From the NCBI GenBank assembly GCA_002726235.1, contig PBSN01000006.1, positions 1 through 43,850 of the forward strand: a stretch of 43,850 nucleotides of DNA, given 5' to 3'. This DNA comes from Nitrospiraceae bacterium. GTDB taxonomy: Bacteria > Nitrospirota > Nitrospiria > Nitrospirales > UBA2166. The stretch's first letter is position 1. Each line of letters begins with the position of its first letter. Positions 21,076 through 30,344 of this stretch are shown here, piece by piece. A program made the translations under genes and the position numbers. A model generated the notes under the pieces. That model was not told where the DNA came from, searched no databases, and saw only the letters and a program-made list of their open reading frames with translations.

Positions 21076-22494
21076 GTGGCCCATTACGATCTTATCGTCA
21101 TCGGATCAGGCCCAGGCGGACAAAAGGCAGCTGTTCAAGCGGCAAAACTGCGCAAGCATGTACTGATCATAGAGCGCACCTCGGTTTCGGTCGGTGGTAT
21201 CTGCACCCATACCGGCACCATCCCCAGCAAAGCCATGCGGGAAGCCATACTCTATCTCTCAGGATTTCGGCTTCGCGGAATCTACGGCAAGAGCTATCGC
21301 GTCAAACAACACATCACCATGAAAGACCTCCTCTTTCGCGGCAAACAAGTGATCCGGAAAGAAATTCACGTCATTCAGGATCAAATGTCCAGAAACCACG
21401 TGGAACTCATGTTCGGCCTCGCAACCTTCGTATCCCCCCATCGCATCAAAGTGAGTTCCGCCGATGAACTCCATGAACATACCGCCGGTACGTTTATAAT
21501 CGCGACAGGATCGACACCGGCACGTCCCTCAGATATCCCGTTTGACGACACGACCATTATCGATAGTGATGGTCTCCTACACATAGAGAGAATTCCCACG
21601 GCCATGATGATTGTCGGTGCCGGTGTCATTGGATGCGAGTACGCCTGCATGCTCGCTGCGCTCGGGGTCAAAGTGACGCTAGTCGATGCCCGACCAAGAT
21701 TACTAGATTTTATTGACGCCGAAATTATCGAAGCACTCCAGTATCAGATGCGCCAAATGCGGATTTCACTCCGGCTTGGCGAGGCCGTCGATCGCGTTGA
21801 ACGAGATGCGGATGGGACGATCATTGCTCATTTAAAAAGTGGCAAGCAAATCGCTTCCCCATTCCTTCTCTACTCTGTCGGAAGATTAGGTGCAACGGCA
21901 GAACTCAATTTGCCGCACATCGGCATCAAACCCGATGCCCGAGGACGATTGAAAGTGAATGCCCATTACCAAACCACCCTTCCACATATCTATGCCGTTG
22001 GCGACGTGATCGGATTTCCAAGCCTCGCCTCCACATCCATGGAGCAAGGGCGTCTCGCGTCATGTTACGCCTTTAACGAGAAAGCAAATGCTATTCCGGA
22101 ACAGCTCCTTCCACACGGCATCTATACGATCCCGGAAATCTCGGTGATCGGGCCAACCGAGGAGCAACTGACGAGAGACGAGGTCCCCTATGAAATCGGC
22201 GTGGCGAGGTATCGCGAAATTGCTCGCGGGCAAATTATGGGTAACGAAGAGGGCATGCTGAAATTGGTGTTTCACCTCAATACCCGCAAACTGCTTGCCG
22301 TATACGTCATCGGTGAGGGAGCAACCGAGTTAATTCATATCGGCCAAGCCATGATGGCGTTTGAGGGAACGATAGACGCGTTGGTCACAACTGTGTTCAA
22401 CTACCCTACGTTAGCCGAATGCTATAAAGTCGCGGCATTGGATGGAATAAATCGGTTGCCTAACCACCTGAAATGCACGACAGAGCCAACCTAA
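21076..22494 (+). CDS. sthA: Soluble (Si-specific) pyridine nucleotide transhydrogenase
   Basis: GSGPGG, GGICTHTGTIPSK (lacking the second Cys of a redox disulfide), GAGVIGCEYA, FNYPTLAECYKVAA. Confidence 0.9.
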   Translation: MAHYDLIVIGSGPGGQKAAVQAAKLRKHVLIIERTSVSVGGICTHTGTIPSKAMREAILYLSGFRLRGIYGKSYRVKQHITMKDLLFRGKQVIRKEIHVIQDQMSRNHVELMFGLATFVSPHRIKVSSADELHEHTAGTFIIATGSTPARPSDIPFDDTTIIDSDGLLHIERIPTAMMIVGAGVIGCEYACMLAALGVKVTLVDARPRLLDFIDAEIIEALQYQMRQMRISLRLGEAVDRVERDADGTIIAHLKSGKQIASPFLLYSVGRLGATAELNLPHIGIKPDARGRLKVNAHYQTTLPHIYAVGDVIGFPSLASTSMEQGRLASCYAFNEKANAIPEQLLPHGIYTIPEISVIGPTEEQLTRDEVPYEIGVARYREIARGQIMGNEEGMLKLVFHLNTRKLLAVYVIGEGATELIHIGQAMMAFEGTIDALVTTVFNYPTLAECYKVAALDGINRLPNHLKCTTEPT

Positions 22495-23789
22495 TAACCG
22501 TTGTTTTCGTCTTTACGATCCTGATCTCGACAGGGTGTGGAAACAGTAATAGCGGCCCCGCTCTTACAACATCCGACGTAAACGCCATTCCAACCAGTGC
22601 GCTAGCAGACGCGGCACAGGCAAGTTCTGGCCTGACGAAAACAGTGGAATCCGTGTTGAACCAACTTCGCGGGGTCTACCTCTTTCCCGACGCTATCCCT
22701 GAAAATACAAGCGAGTTTGAAACAGTCGAAATGCTCCTTGCTTCCCTTGATGATCCATTCAGCAAGGTGATTGATGAGTTCTCCGATACCATCGATACGT
22801 TCTTCGGCGAGTTCCGCGGAATCGGCGTGCAAATTCAGCAAATCGACGACATTACCTTCTTTCCAGTGGTGTTTCCAACACAACCGGCTGCAGTCGCCGG
22901 CGTTCGAGCTAATGACATCCTTCTTGGGATTGATAGCGAATGGGTTGAAGGGAAAACCATCCCTGAGATCGTAGAAATGCTTCAACGCGACATCGAAGAA
23001 CCCGTCCACCTCCGCATACAACGAGATGATGAGATAGTCACTCTCTCCCCAATTTTCAGCGAATTCCAACGAAGTTCCGTATTCACCACCGCAATCACGG
23101 AGCAGATTGCGTATGTTGGGGTCTTTACCTTCTTGCAGCGCAGTTCCCATCCCGAGGGAACAGACGGGGAAATCAGCGATTTTCTGATCAGAGACTCCTC
23201 ACCCGTCATCATCATGGATTTTCGGGATAACCTTGGAGGCACCCTGGAAGACTCTATTCAAACTGCAGATCTCTTCGTGGAAAGTGGAACGCTCATTGAA
23301 CTTTTTGACCTCGACCACACCGATAGACGATCTGCAATACCGGGCGACCCCGGTGAGGGACGTACCGTTGTGCTACTGCAAAACGGACACTCCGCAAGTG
23401 CATCAGAAATCGTTATCGCGAGCCTCCGAGACAACCTCAGCTCCCACATCATTGGCACGCGATCATTTGGGAAAGCCGTATCCCAAAGTTTCTTTCGCTT
23501 TACCGATGATCCGGGAGGACTGCAGCTCGTCACTGGTGGAATTCGCAGTCCCAGCGGTGAAAGCTATAACGAGATTGGCATTGAGCCAGACCAAGTCGTA
23601 GCATTTGTTCTTGATCCCGAGAGCTTCAGTGACTCCCAACTCGATGCCGCAATTGCCTTTGCAATGACGCTCCTTGATCTTAATCCTGATGAACCAATCC
23701 AGCCATCTGCACTTGAACAAATCAAAGCCTTCCGCCAAACTCTCGACACCGGAGGCTCACCCATCCTCCTAGACTATATCGAACAGTAA
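22473..23789 (+). CDS. S41 (CtpA/Prc-like) carboxyl-terminal peptidase, lipoprotein
   Basis: STGC lipobox, PDZ GIGV, DFRDNLGG, catalytic SASASE and SFGK, GIEPD. Confidence 0.88.
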   Translation: MHDRANLITVVFVFTILISTGCGNSNSGPALTTSDVNAIPTSALADAAQASSGLTKTVESVLNQLRGVYLFPDAIPENTSEFETVEMLLASLDDPFSKVIDEFSDTIDTFFGEFRGIGVQIQQIDDITFFPVVFPTQPAAVAGVRANDILLGIDSEWVEGKTIPEIVEMLQRDIEEPVHLRIQRDDEIVTLSPIFSEFQRSSVFTTAITEQIAYVGVFTFLQRSSHPEGTDGEISDFLIRDSSPVIIMDFRDNLGGTLEDSIQTADLFVESGTLIELFDLDHTDRRSAIPGDPGEGRTVVLLQNGHSASASEIVIASLRDNLSSHIIGTRSFGKAVSQSFFRFTDDPGGLQLVTGGIRSPSGESYNEIGIEPDQVVAFVLDPESFSDSQLDAAIAFAMTLLDLNPDEPIQPSALEQIKAFRQTLDTGGSPILLDYIEQ

Positions 23790-23797
23790 GCGCTCTA

Positions 23798-25024
23798 ATG
23801 ATGTCGTCTCGTTGGATCATTCATATTGATATGGACGCATTCTACGCCGCCATCGAACAACACGATCATCCCCAGTACCGTGGAAAACCGGTTATCGTCG
23901 GAGCCGATCCGCAAAAAGGCAAAGGACGTGGGGTCGTCTCCGCCGCGTCTTATGAGGCGCGAACATGTGGCATTCATTCGGCCATGCCAATCCGACACGC
24001 ATTTCAGCGATGTCCGCAGGGCATCTTCCTCCCAGTGCGAATGCCTCGATATCGGGAAAGCTCTGATCATATTTTTTCGATCTTGCAGCGATATACCAAT
24101 CTCGTGGAATCCCTCAGTCTTGATGAGGCCTTCCTCGACGTCACAGGAAGCGTTCGACTGCATGGCTCCGCCCAAAAGATTGGGCGGCAGATTCAGCAGG
24201 AGATTCAGAACGCAGAGGGGCTCACTGCATCAGTCGGCATTGCATCGAATAAATTTGTGGCCAAAGTTGCATCTGACCTGAAAAAGCCACATGGCTTCGT
24301 CATCGTCCCATCTGGAACAGAAGCAGACTTTCTCAAGAACTTACCCATCGAACGACTCTGGGGAGCAGGCCCAAAAACGGCTATACAACTCCGCCGACTT
24401 GGATGTAGCACAATTGGAGATGTCGCTAAATACTCACCACATATGTTGATGAAGATATTCGGAACGCATGGTCGTCATTTGCAGGAACACGCCCAAGGCA
24501 TTGATGGGCATGCAGTCATCCCAGAAGAGCCGGCCAAATCCATGGGTGCGGAAACGACCTTTGACGAAGATACTCGCGATATCATGATTATCCACGCCAC
24601 CCTCCTTCAACTCGCAGAACAGGTTGCACGGCGTCTTCGACGGGCAGGAGTGCGGAGCCAGACAGTTACGCTGAAATTTCGAGACGAATCATTTCAAACC
24701 ATCACCCGCACATCATCAGCCGCTGCTGCGACAAATCAATCTTCAGACCTGTACCAGCGTTCTCTTTCACTCTTGAAACGTATTCCACACTCGAAAAAGA
24801 AAGTACGCCTTCTGGGGATTACTGCCTCGAAGCTCTCCCCCGCAAAAAAACCTGGAGACCAATTATCGCTATTCGCGCCACACCCAGAGAAGGCCCAACA
24901 ACTCACCACTGTCTTGGATACAATTCAGGAAAAGTTCGGAACGAATGCGATTTCGCGGGCAAGCGTACTCACTACAAAGACGAATCGGATTACTGGTCAC
25001 CGGCAGAAGAATCGGAAACGGTAG
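23798..25024 (+). CDS. dinB: DNA polymerase IV
   Basis: HIDMDAFYA, SYEAR, SLDEAFLD, AKVASDLKKP, little-finger domain VRLLGI. Confidence 0.95.
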   Translation: MMSSRWIIHIDMDAFYAAIEQHDHPQYRGKPVIVGADPQKGKGRGVVSAASYEARTCGIHSAMPIRHAFQRCPQGIFLPVRMPRYRESSDHIFSILQRYTNLVESLSLDEAFLDVTGSVRLHGSAQKIGRQIQQEIQNAEGLTASVGIASNKFVAKVASDLKKPHGFVIVPSGTEADFLKNLPIERLWGAGPKTAIQLRRLGCSTIGDVAKYSPHMLMKIFGTHGRHLQEHAQGIDGHAVIPEEPAKSMGAETTFDEDTRDIMIIHATLLQLAEQVARRLRRAGVRSQTVTLKFRDESFQTITRTSSAAAATNQSSDLYQRSLSLLKRIPHSKKKVRLLGITASKLSPAKKPGDQLSLFAPHPEKAQQLTTVLDTIQEKFGTNAISRASVLTTKTNRITGHRQKNRKR

Positions 25025-25508
25025 GAGTTGCTCGCACAATGCCTCTGCGACGAAGCATACCAACAAATTCAGCGTTGTGATCCGGATGCTTCTGTAGGGC
25101 AAGCACTTCGACCGCCATAGCCTCAAAAGACATTTTCCCCAAAGACTGCCGCAAATCCTCGATCATTTTGTCATCCCCTTCCTCAATCTGGAGACAAGCC
25201 TGGAGAGCCTCATCAAGCGTCAATGATTCGGTTTCGATACGCCGGCTAAGTGTCTGCAATTGAGCAAGCAACATGTGTTGTCTCTGTTCCATCGCAGGAT
25301 CGACTTCAGTATATGCCTCGGGCTTGGTCTGAATCAGAGCCAGTTGACGTTTCAGAACATCGGCATGTTCGGACTCCTCCACGGCAAGTTTTGAAAACAC
25401 GCGAGAAGCTTCCGGATCATCACCAAACTTCTGATGAAGCTTAAAGAAGGCCCCCCCGGTGAGCGTCTCAATCTCTATGGCTTTGGTGACGAGCTCTTTA
25501 AGATCCAT
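24990..25508 (-). CDS. Ferritin-like/rubrerythrin-type four-helix protein
   Basis: AIEIE...F..LA.EE.EH and a second .L.IEE motif; ATG 25508 with AAGGAAG upstream; 3' end overlaps dinB convergently. Confidence 0.75.
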   Translation of the reverse strand: MDLKELVTKAIEIETLTGGAFFKLHQKFGDDPEASRVFSKLAVEESEHADVLKRQLALIQTKPEAYTEVDPAMEQRQHMLLAQLQTLSRRIETESLTLDEALQACLQIEEGDDKMIEDLRQSLGKMSFEAMAVEVLALQKHPDHNAEFVGMLRRRGIVRATPTVSDSSAGDQ

Positions 25509-25877
25509 GTACGTCGCTTGCTTCCTTGTAGGTAGATAGGCGAGTGTCACCCTGACCGTAGCACCGTCAGAACATTCGCACAAGCGCACAACCATGTATT
25601 ACTACTTTCAGCGCTACCATGATTTCAGCCATTGCACAGCCCATTCTCTCCCAGTAAACTGCTAGAAACTCAAGATTTACCCACGTTGCATCCGCATGAC
25701 AGCACGCAACCTATCAGGATGAACAAAACTGTAACAAACTACTCATTTATGCTTTCCTGTCAGCACCTCGAATGTTCCTTGGCATCAATTGTGCTGTCTC
25801 TAAACAGGCATCGAGGATGCACATGGTTTACAGTATTTTCATAATGCGTCACGTCCGCTTGCAGTAGGATAGTTTGC

Positions 25878-25908
25878 TTGACATATCTGGAGCAATAATC
25901 TATATATT
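25878..25908 (+). promoter_or_regulatory. Putative sigma70 promoter of the cytochrome operon
   Basis: TTGACA-N17-TATATATT about 190 nt upstream of ATG 26101. Confidence 0.45.
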
Positions 25909-26100
25909 CAGATCAACTGTCATTTTTTTGGCGTTGTCGCGTTGCAATGACATTATATCCCTTCCACTTGATGCGAAGTGTTCAGCATAAAGCTGAAAAA
26001 CAAGACAGCTAGCGGGTTACCTTGGCACAATACTTCTGGTGAATGTATCGTGCATAACGGTCACCTCATTACAATACAATTAGAGCGGAGGAAACCTAAG

Positions 26101-27729
26101 ATGGATAGATCAACACCTTTCGTGCTCAGTCACAAATGGCTGGCACTCACTGTAGTTGGCGTAGCCTTTACACTCACTATGGGTTGCGGTGACAGTGACA
26201 GTGACACAACTACCCCGGAGACAGGCACAGCAACCCAAGCGACAGCCGAGCAACCTGCGGAGTTCGTAGCTGCACTAGGTGATTTTACCGACTACCGTTA
26301 CTGGCGGACGCTTGATTATAGCACGGGCTATACGAATCCATACCTTGTCGACAAACACATGGCAGCTGATAACGCCTACTCTCGGCGCGTATGGATTAAC
26401 GAGCCCGGAGCGAGATCGCGAGAAGCCGGAGAAGCCTCCTATCCGCTAGGAACAGTCATTGTCAAGGAAACGTTTACTTGGGACGAGAGCGGAAACAAGC
26501 AATTCGCTGCCATGGGTGGAGTGTTGGGCATGGTAAAGCGCGGTGGAAATTTCAACAAGGATGGGGAGCATTGGGAATGGTTCATGCTAGCCTCAGACCC
26601 TGCAACTAGTGCCCTTGAAGAAATCAAGGACCGTGGCGGAGCCTCTCTCATGGATGGCATGTGTAACAGCTGTCACGCAAGCGCGAACGCCCAGACTGAG
26701 GGCTCAGACATGGTATTTGCGCACCCCTCAGACATTGAGGTCACGGACGGATTTTTCGCCGATTACGCCACATGGTCGGTCATACAAAATACTCCGGAAA
26801 ACCACGTCCTGTTGAGCATGGCGCACAAAAGCGCAGACCCGGACACCATACGCACAGTCTACAAGAAGCAGCTCCAGGCCAACCCGAAACACACCCCTGA
26901 CACATACAACGTAATCGCGGACGTGTACCCGATTGGGACGGCCATTCTGAAGACGGTCGCAGACGCGACTGGTGCCATTATCGAGATCACGGCCATGGTC
27001 AAGCGCGCCCCGGCCTTTAACGAAGATCACGGTGGCTGGGAATGGTTTATGCTTGATCCAGCTACAGCCGGTGTTATGCCAGAAATGCGAGGAGCAGGCT
27101 TGGGCAACAATATGTGCAACACATGCCATATTGCGGCCACGGGACCCTCTGGCCTGAATGGCGTTGACTACGTGTTTAAACACCCGAATGACCCATTCGT
27201 CAATATGGGAGAACCCGTAGTACCAGAAGTTGCACCGGAACCAGCAGCCGCAGAAGAAACGGTAGCGGTAGCAGAACCAGTAGCCGCAGAAGAACCGGCA
27301 GCGGCAACGAGCAATTTAGGCCCAGCCGCATTTAAGGCTGACTTTGCAACATCTCCGGAATTCTACACCAACATGATTGCACTGAATTCTAGTAACCCTC
27401 CCTCTCCCCACAATGCGGTCAAAATCTGGTACTCGATAAACATGCAGGAAATGGCTGCAGCTGGCAGTACGGGACCGTGGCCTGAGGGAACCACGTCCAT
27501 TAAACAGGTGGATATGGCGCCAGCAGATGGAGTCATCGACGAAATTGTTGTGATGATTAAGATGGCTGCTGGATACGATACAGCAAACGGCGACTGGTAC
27601 TACGAGGCGCGCGATGCAAATGGCACCCTCTTGACCGACGAAGCCAAAGCGCCTGGAAAGAATGCCATGTGCATCGGCTGTCACGCTGCAAATTCAAAAG
27701 ATTACTTGGCAGGCCTAGATCTACGCTAA
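26101..27729 (+). CDS. Trihaem lipoprotein with three tandem cytochrome P460/c'-beta family domains
   Basis: LTMGC lipobox; three units each with P.GT...K, M(V/I)K, W(E/Y)(W/Y) and a CxxCH near the unit's C-terminus (26662-26676, 27115-27129, 27670-27684); GGAGG before ATG 26101. Confidence 0.85.
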   Translation: MDRSTPFVLSHKWLALTVVGVAFTLTMGCGDSDSDTTTPETGTATQATAEQPAEFVAALGDFTDYRYWRTLDYSTGYTNPYLVDKHMAADNAYSRRVWINEPGARSREAGEASYPLGTVIVKETFTWDESGNKQFAAMGGVLGMVKRGGNFNKDGEHWEWFMLASDPATSALEEIKDRGGASLMDGMCNSCHASANAQTEGSDMVFAHPSDIEVTDGFFADYATWSVIQNTPENHVLLSMAHKSADPDTIRTVYKKQLQANPKHTPDTYNVIADVYPIGTAILKTVADATGAIIEITAMVKRAPAFNEDHGGWEWFMLDPATAGVMPEMRGAGLGNNMCNTCHIAATGPSGLNGVDYVFKHPNDPFVNMGEPVVPEVAPEPAAAEETVAVAEPVAAEEPAAATSNLGPAAFKADFATSPEFYTNMIALNSSNPPSPHNAVKIWYSINMQEMAAAGSTGPWPEGTTSIKQVDMAPADGVIDEIVVMIKMAAGYDTANGDWYYEARDANGTLLTDEAKAPGKNAMCIGCHAANSKDYLAGLDLR

Positions 27730-27736
27730 TTTAATA

Positions 27737-27771
27737 AGGGAATAGTTCCCTATAAAGGGGAACTATTCCCT
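27737..27771 (+). other. Intercistronic perfect 14-bp stem-loop
   Basis: agggaatagttccc-tataaag-gggaactattccct; no U-tract follows on the + strand. Confidence 0.8.
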
Positions 27772-27786
27772 GTAAAATAGGTGTCA

Positions 27787-28923
27787 ATGCGCCGCACGTT
27801 GCTTGTTCACATTGTACTTCTGGGGTTGTTCCTATTTCTATGGGCCGAGGTCGCCTCGGCCGTTCCCCGCTTTTCCATGCGAACCGGCCTGTCGTGCAAC
27901 GCATGTCACGTGAATCCAAGTGGGGGGGGAATGCGCACCGAGCATGGAAGCTTGTACGGGCGTATGAACCTCCCCCTCAACCCCACCATGCGAGCCAAGG
28001 GCGAGAAATTCAGCCCGAAAATTACCAAACACCTCACCGTGGGGTCAGATCTCCGCGTAATGGGGTTCTCTGATAATCGGCACAATCTCAGTTTCTTCCC
28101 AATGCAGGCGGACCTCTATATTTCCGCCCAACTGACCGACAAAGTCCTGCTCTACCACGATCAAAGCCTGCTTTCCAGCGAGATTGAAACCTTTGGTCTC
28201 GCTCAAATCCTACCGTTCTCAGGCTACGTCAAGGCAGGAAAGTTTGTTCCAGCATTCGGATGGAAGCATGATAATCATACGGCCTTTACGCGCGGAGGGA
28301 ATTCGAGTTCGCGAGAAGTCGGGCAAGTAACCCGCGGCACAGGGTTCAGTCGGGATGATAAAGATACTGGCGTCGAGGTTGGATTCTATCCAGGACAAGC
28401 CTCCATTCAATTGGCCGTCCTGAATGGACAAAGAGGAGGCATCCCGTTTGATAACAATCAGGGTAAAGCCTATGTCGCGCGAGCAGATTACTTTATTCTC
28501 AACTTCGAGCATCTGAAGACAAACGTCGGAGGATCGTTCTATCACAACGATGCGGAGACCTTTGAACGACAGATCTATGCCGGCCATGCCGGAATCAACC
28601 TGTGGAAATTAACGTATCTCGGCGAATATGACTGGAATGAGCTATCGCGAGACACCACGCCACGCGTAAAAAGTACGGCGCAATATCACGAGCTTAGCTT
28701 TCTTCCTGTCCAAGGGATTGATCTGAAGGGGATATATGAACACATAGATCCAGATCGTAATATCGATCGTGATGAGCTCTCCAGAATTGGAGCAGGGATA
28801 GAATTTTTCCCCTTACCTCATAATGAAATTCGTCTCGAATACCGTCATACCACGGGGCATAAGGAAATCAACCCTGATGCCGGGTTAGATGAAGTCTTTC
28901 TCATGTACCATTTTTATTTTTAA
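27787..28923 (+). CDS. Outer-membrane beta-barrel with an N-terminal monohaem c motif (Cyc2-like cytochrome-porin fusion)
   Basis: Signal peptide ending ASA, then VPRFSMRTGLSCNACH; amphipathic beta-strands; C-terminal beta-signal YHFYF. Confidence 0.8.
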   Translation: MRRTLLVHIVLLGLFLFLWAEVASAVPRFSMRTGLSCNACHVNPSGGGMRTEHGSLYGRMNLPLNPTMRAKGEKFSPKITKHLTVGSDLRVMGFSDNRHNLSFFPMQADLYISAQLTDKVLLYHDQSLLSSEIETFGLAQILPFSGYVKAGKFVPAFGWKHDNHTAFTRGGNSSSREVGQVTRGTGFSRDDKDTGVEVGFYPGQASIQLAVLNGQRGGIPFDNNQGKAYVARADYFILNFEHLKTNVGGSFYHNDAETFERQIYAGHAGINLWKLTYLGEYDWNELSRDTTPRVKSTAQYHELSFLPVQGIDLKGIYEHIDPDRNIDRDELSRIGAGIEFFPLPHNEIRLEYRHTTGHKEINPDAGLDEVFLMYHFYF

Positions 28924-29214
28924 TTCCACTGCGTTCCGCAAGAAAATACTCCCGCACGCCCACTTGTTCAGACAGTTTTCCTGACCATCCCCCAATGTGC
29001 TATACCTTGCACCCCCAGCCATACGTCTGCGCAGTCACTCCTAGAGGACGCTAGCATTCCAGACCTGCAGGATACAAAAAAAATGGGGGGTCCCATCCCG
29101 AACTTTCCACAGAGAAGCCCTAACCGAGCAAAAATCCAAGGACGTGCAAAACCGCACGGGAAGAGGTCGAACATGAGGGAAATACAGCTGAAAGGCTTGT
29201 TTCAATACCCAATG

Positions 29215-29496
29215 CTAGCGCGCTTGATCAAGTGCCTCCCGACACCTATTCAATGCGGCATTCAATTCGTCCTTCACAGCGGGAGGAAGAGGTTTGGCAG
29301 GTTGCTTTTTGACGAGTTCGATAGTTGTGATGAATGTGTCCACAAAGGCCTGGCAAGGAGGACAATTTCCGTTATGGGTTTGAATGGCTTCACACAATTC
29401 TTCTGAGAGTTCCCCATCTACGTACTCGGAGAGGAACGCAAAGATCTCTTTGCAAGTCATCTTGGACGCAATACTCTTCGCCTTAGAATCAGGCAT
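29215..29496 (-). CDS. Zinc-finger (zf-HC2/ZAS) anti-sigma factor, soluble
   Basis: C....LSEYVDGEL...HNGNCPPC (HxxxCxxC); overlaps the end of the sigma gene. Confidence 0.9.
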   Translation of the reverse strand: MPDSKAKSIASKMTCKEIFAFLSEYVDGELSEELCEAIQTHNGNCPPCQAFVDTFITTIELVKKQPAKPLPPAVKDELNAALNRCREALDQAR

Positions 29497-30112
29497 GCGA
29501 ACGAACCTCCCCCTGACAGTAGAGGTGAAGATGTTTTCGCGCAAAAAGGCGTGCGCGATGCAGTCGCGACTTCACGGCAGAAACAGAAGCCCCGATGATC
29601 TTCCCCGTTTCCTCTGCACTAAAACCCTCGACATCTCGCAATAACAGCACCATTCTGAGGTCTGACGGAAGAAGATGTATGGTCTCATCTAACACCCCTT
29701 GCAATTCCTTATTCAGCAATTCATCGATGGGCGTCCGGTGCCAATCAACAACACTCAATGTTTTACGTTCATCCTCCCCAAGTGCCAGTTCATCAAGCGA
29801 GAATATTTCACGGGGGGAAAACTTACTCTTTCGTCGCATCCTCATACACGCATGTTTAGCAATCTGAAAGAGCCAGACAGAGAACTTCGCCTCAGCACGG
29901 AACGCATCCATACCCTTGAATGCCGCGACAAACGTCTCTTGCAACATATCCTGGGCGTCATCAGTATTCCCACACATGCGGAGTCCCATGGAATAGAGAC
30001 GCCCAACGTATCGAGAGACCAGTTCCTCAAAAACATCGTGCTGCCCCTGTTGAAATCGCGTCACCAGCTCGTTGTCTTGCAACTTGTCCAGCATCGCACC
30101 CTTGCCTTGCAT
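29489..30112 (-). CDS. ECF RNA polymerase sigma factor
   Basis: DAQDMLQETF, FSVWLFQIA, LRDVEGFS..E, VKSRLHRAR. Confidence 0.93.
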   Translation of the reverse strand: MQGKGAMLDKLQDNELVTRFQQGQHDVFEELVSRYVGRLYSMGLRMCGNTDDAQDMLQETFVAAFKGMDAFRAEAKFSVWLFQIAKHACMRMRRKSKFSPREIFSLDELALGEDERKTLSVVDWHRTPIDELLNKELQGVLDETIHLLPSDLRMVLLLRDVEGFSAEETGKIIGASVSAVKSRLHRARLFARKHLHLYCQGEVRSHA

Positions 30113-30206
30113 ATCCTGAGGTTGAACGAAAACGCGCTATTCTAGACATTAGGGTTCTTCCATGACAAGCATGGATATCACTACTCAGATCACTCCACTT
30201 TTACCC

Positions 30207-30286
30207 CATACCGGCGTGGCTACGGCACTCAGATCCTCTCATATTTTCAAATACGCTCTGGACTGCGTTCCTCGCGCCTTGGTCTG
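30207..30286. repeat. Degenerate intergenic repeat, family B copy 1
   Basis: Collinear with 36637-36713 (cata....cgt.gcta.ggc..tc..atcctc...atacgctc.g..ct.cg.tcctcgcgcct...ctg). Confidence 0.65.
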
Positions 30287-30344
30287 GCCAATATTACAAC
30301 CACCTGCATAGTTACATGTGAGGCATAAACTGACACGCGACACC

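Noticed and set aside
25777..25790. FNR-like box upstream of the cytochrome operon
   Set aside because: Only the ATCAA half-site matches; the other half deviates from TTGAT.
25978..26100. N-terminal extension of the cytochrome ORF
   Set aside because: ATG 26101 has a GGAGG Shine-Dalgarno and places the lipoprotein signal at the N-terminus.
28930..29200. Possible further degenerate repeat copy or small gene between the porin and anti-sigma genes
   Set aside because: Only faint similarity to family A by eye, and the ORFs there lack motifs.
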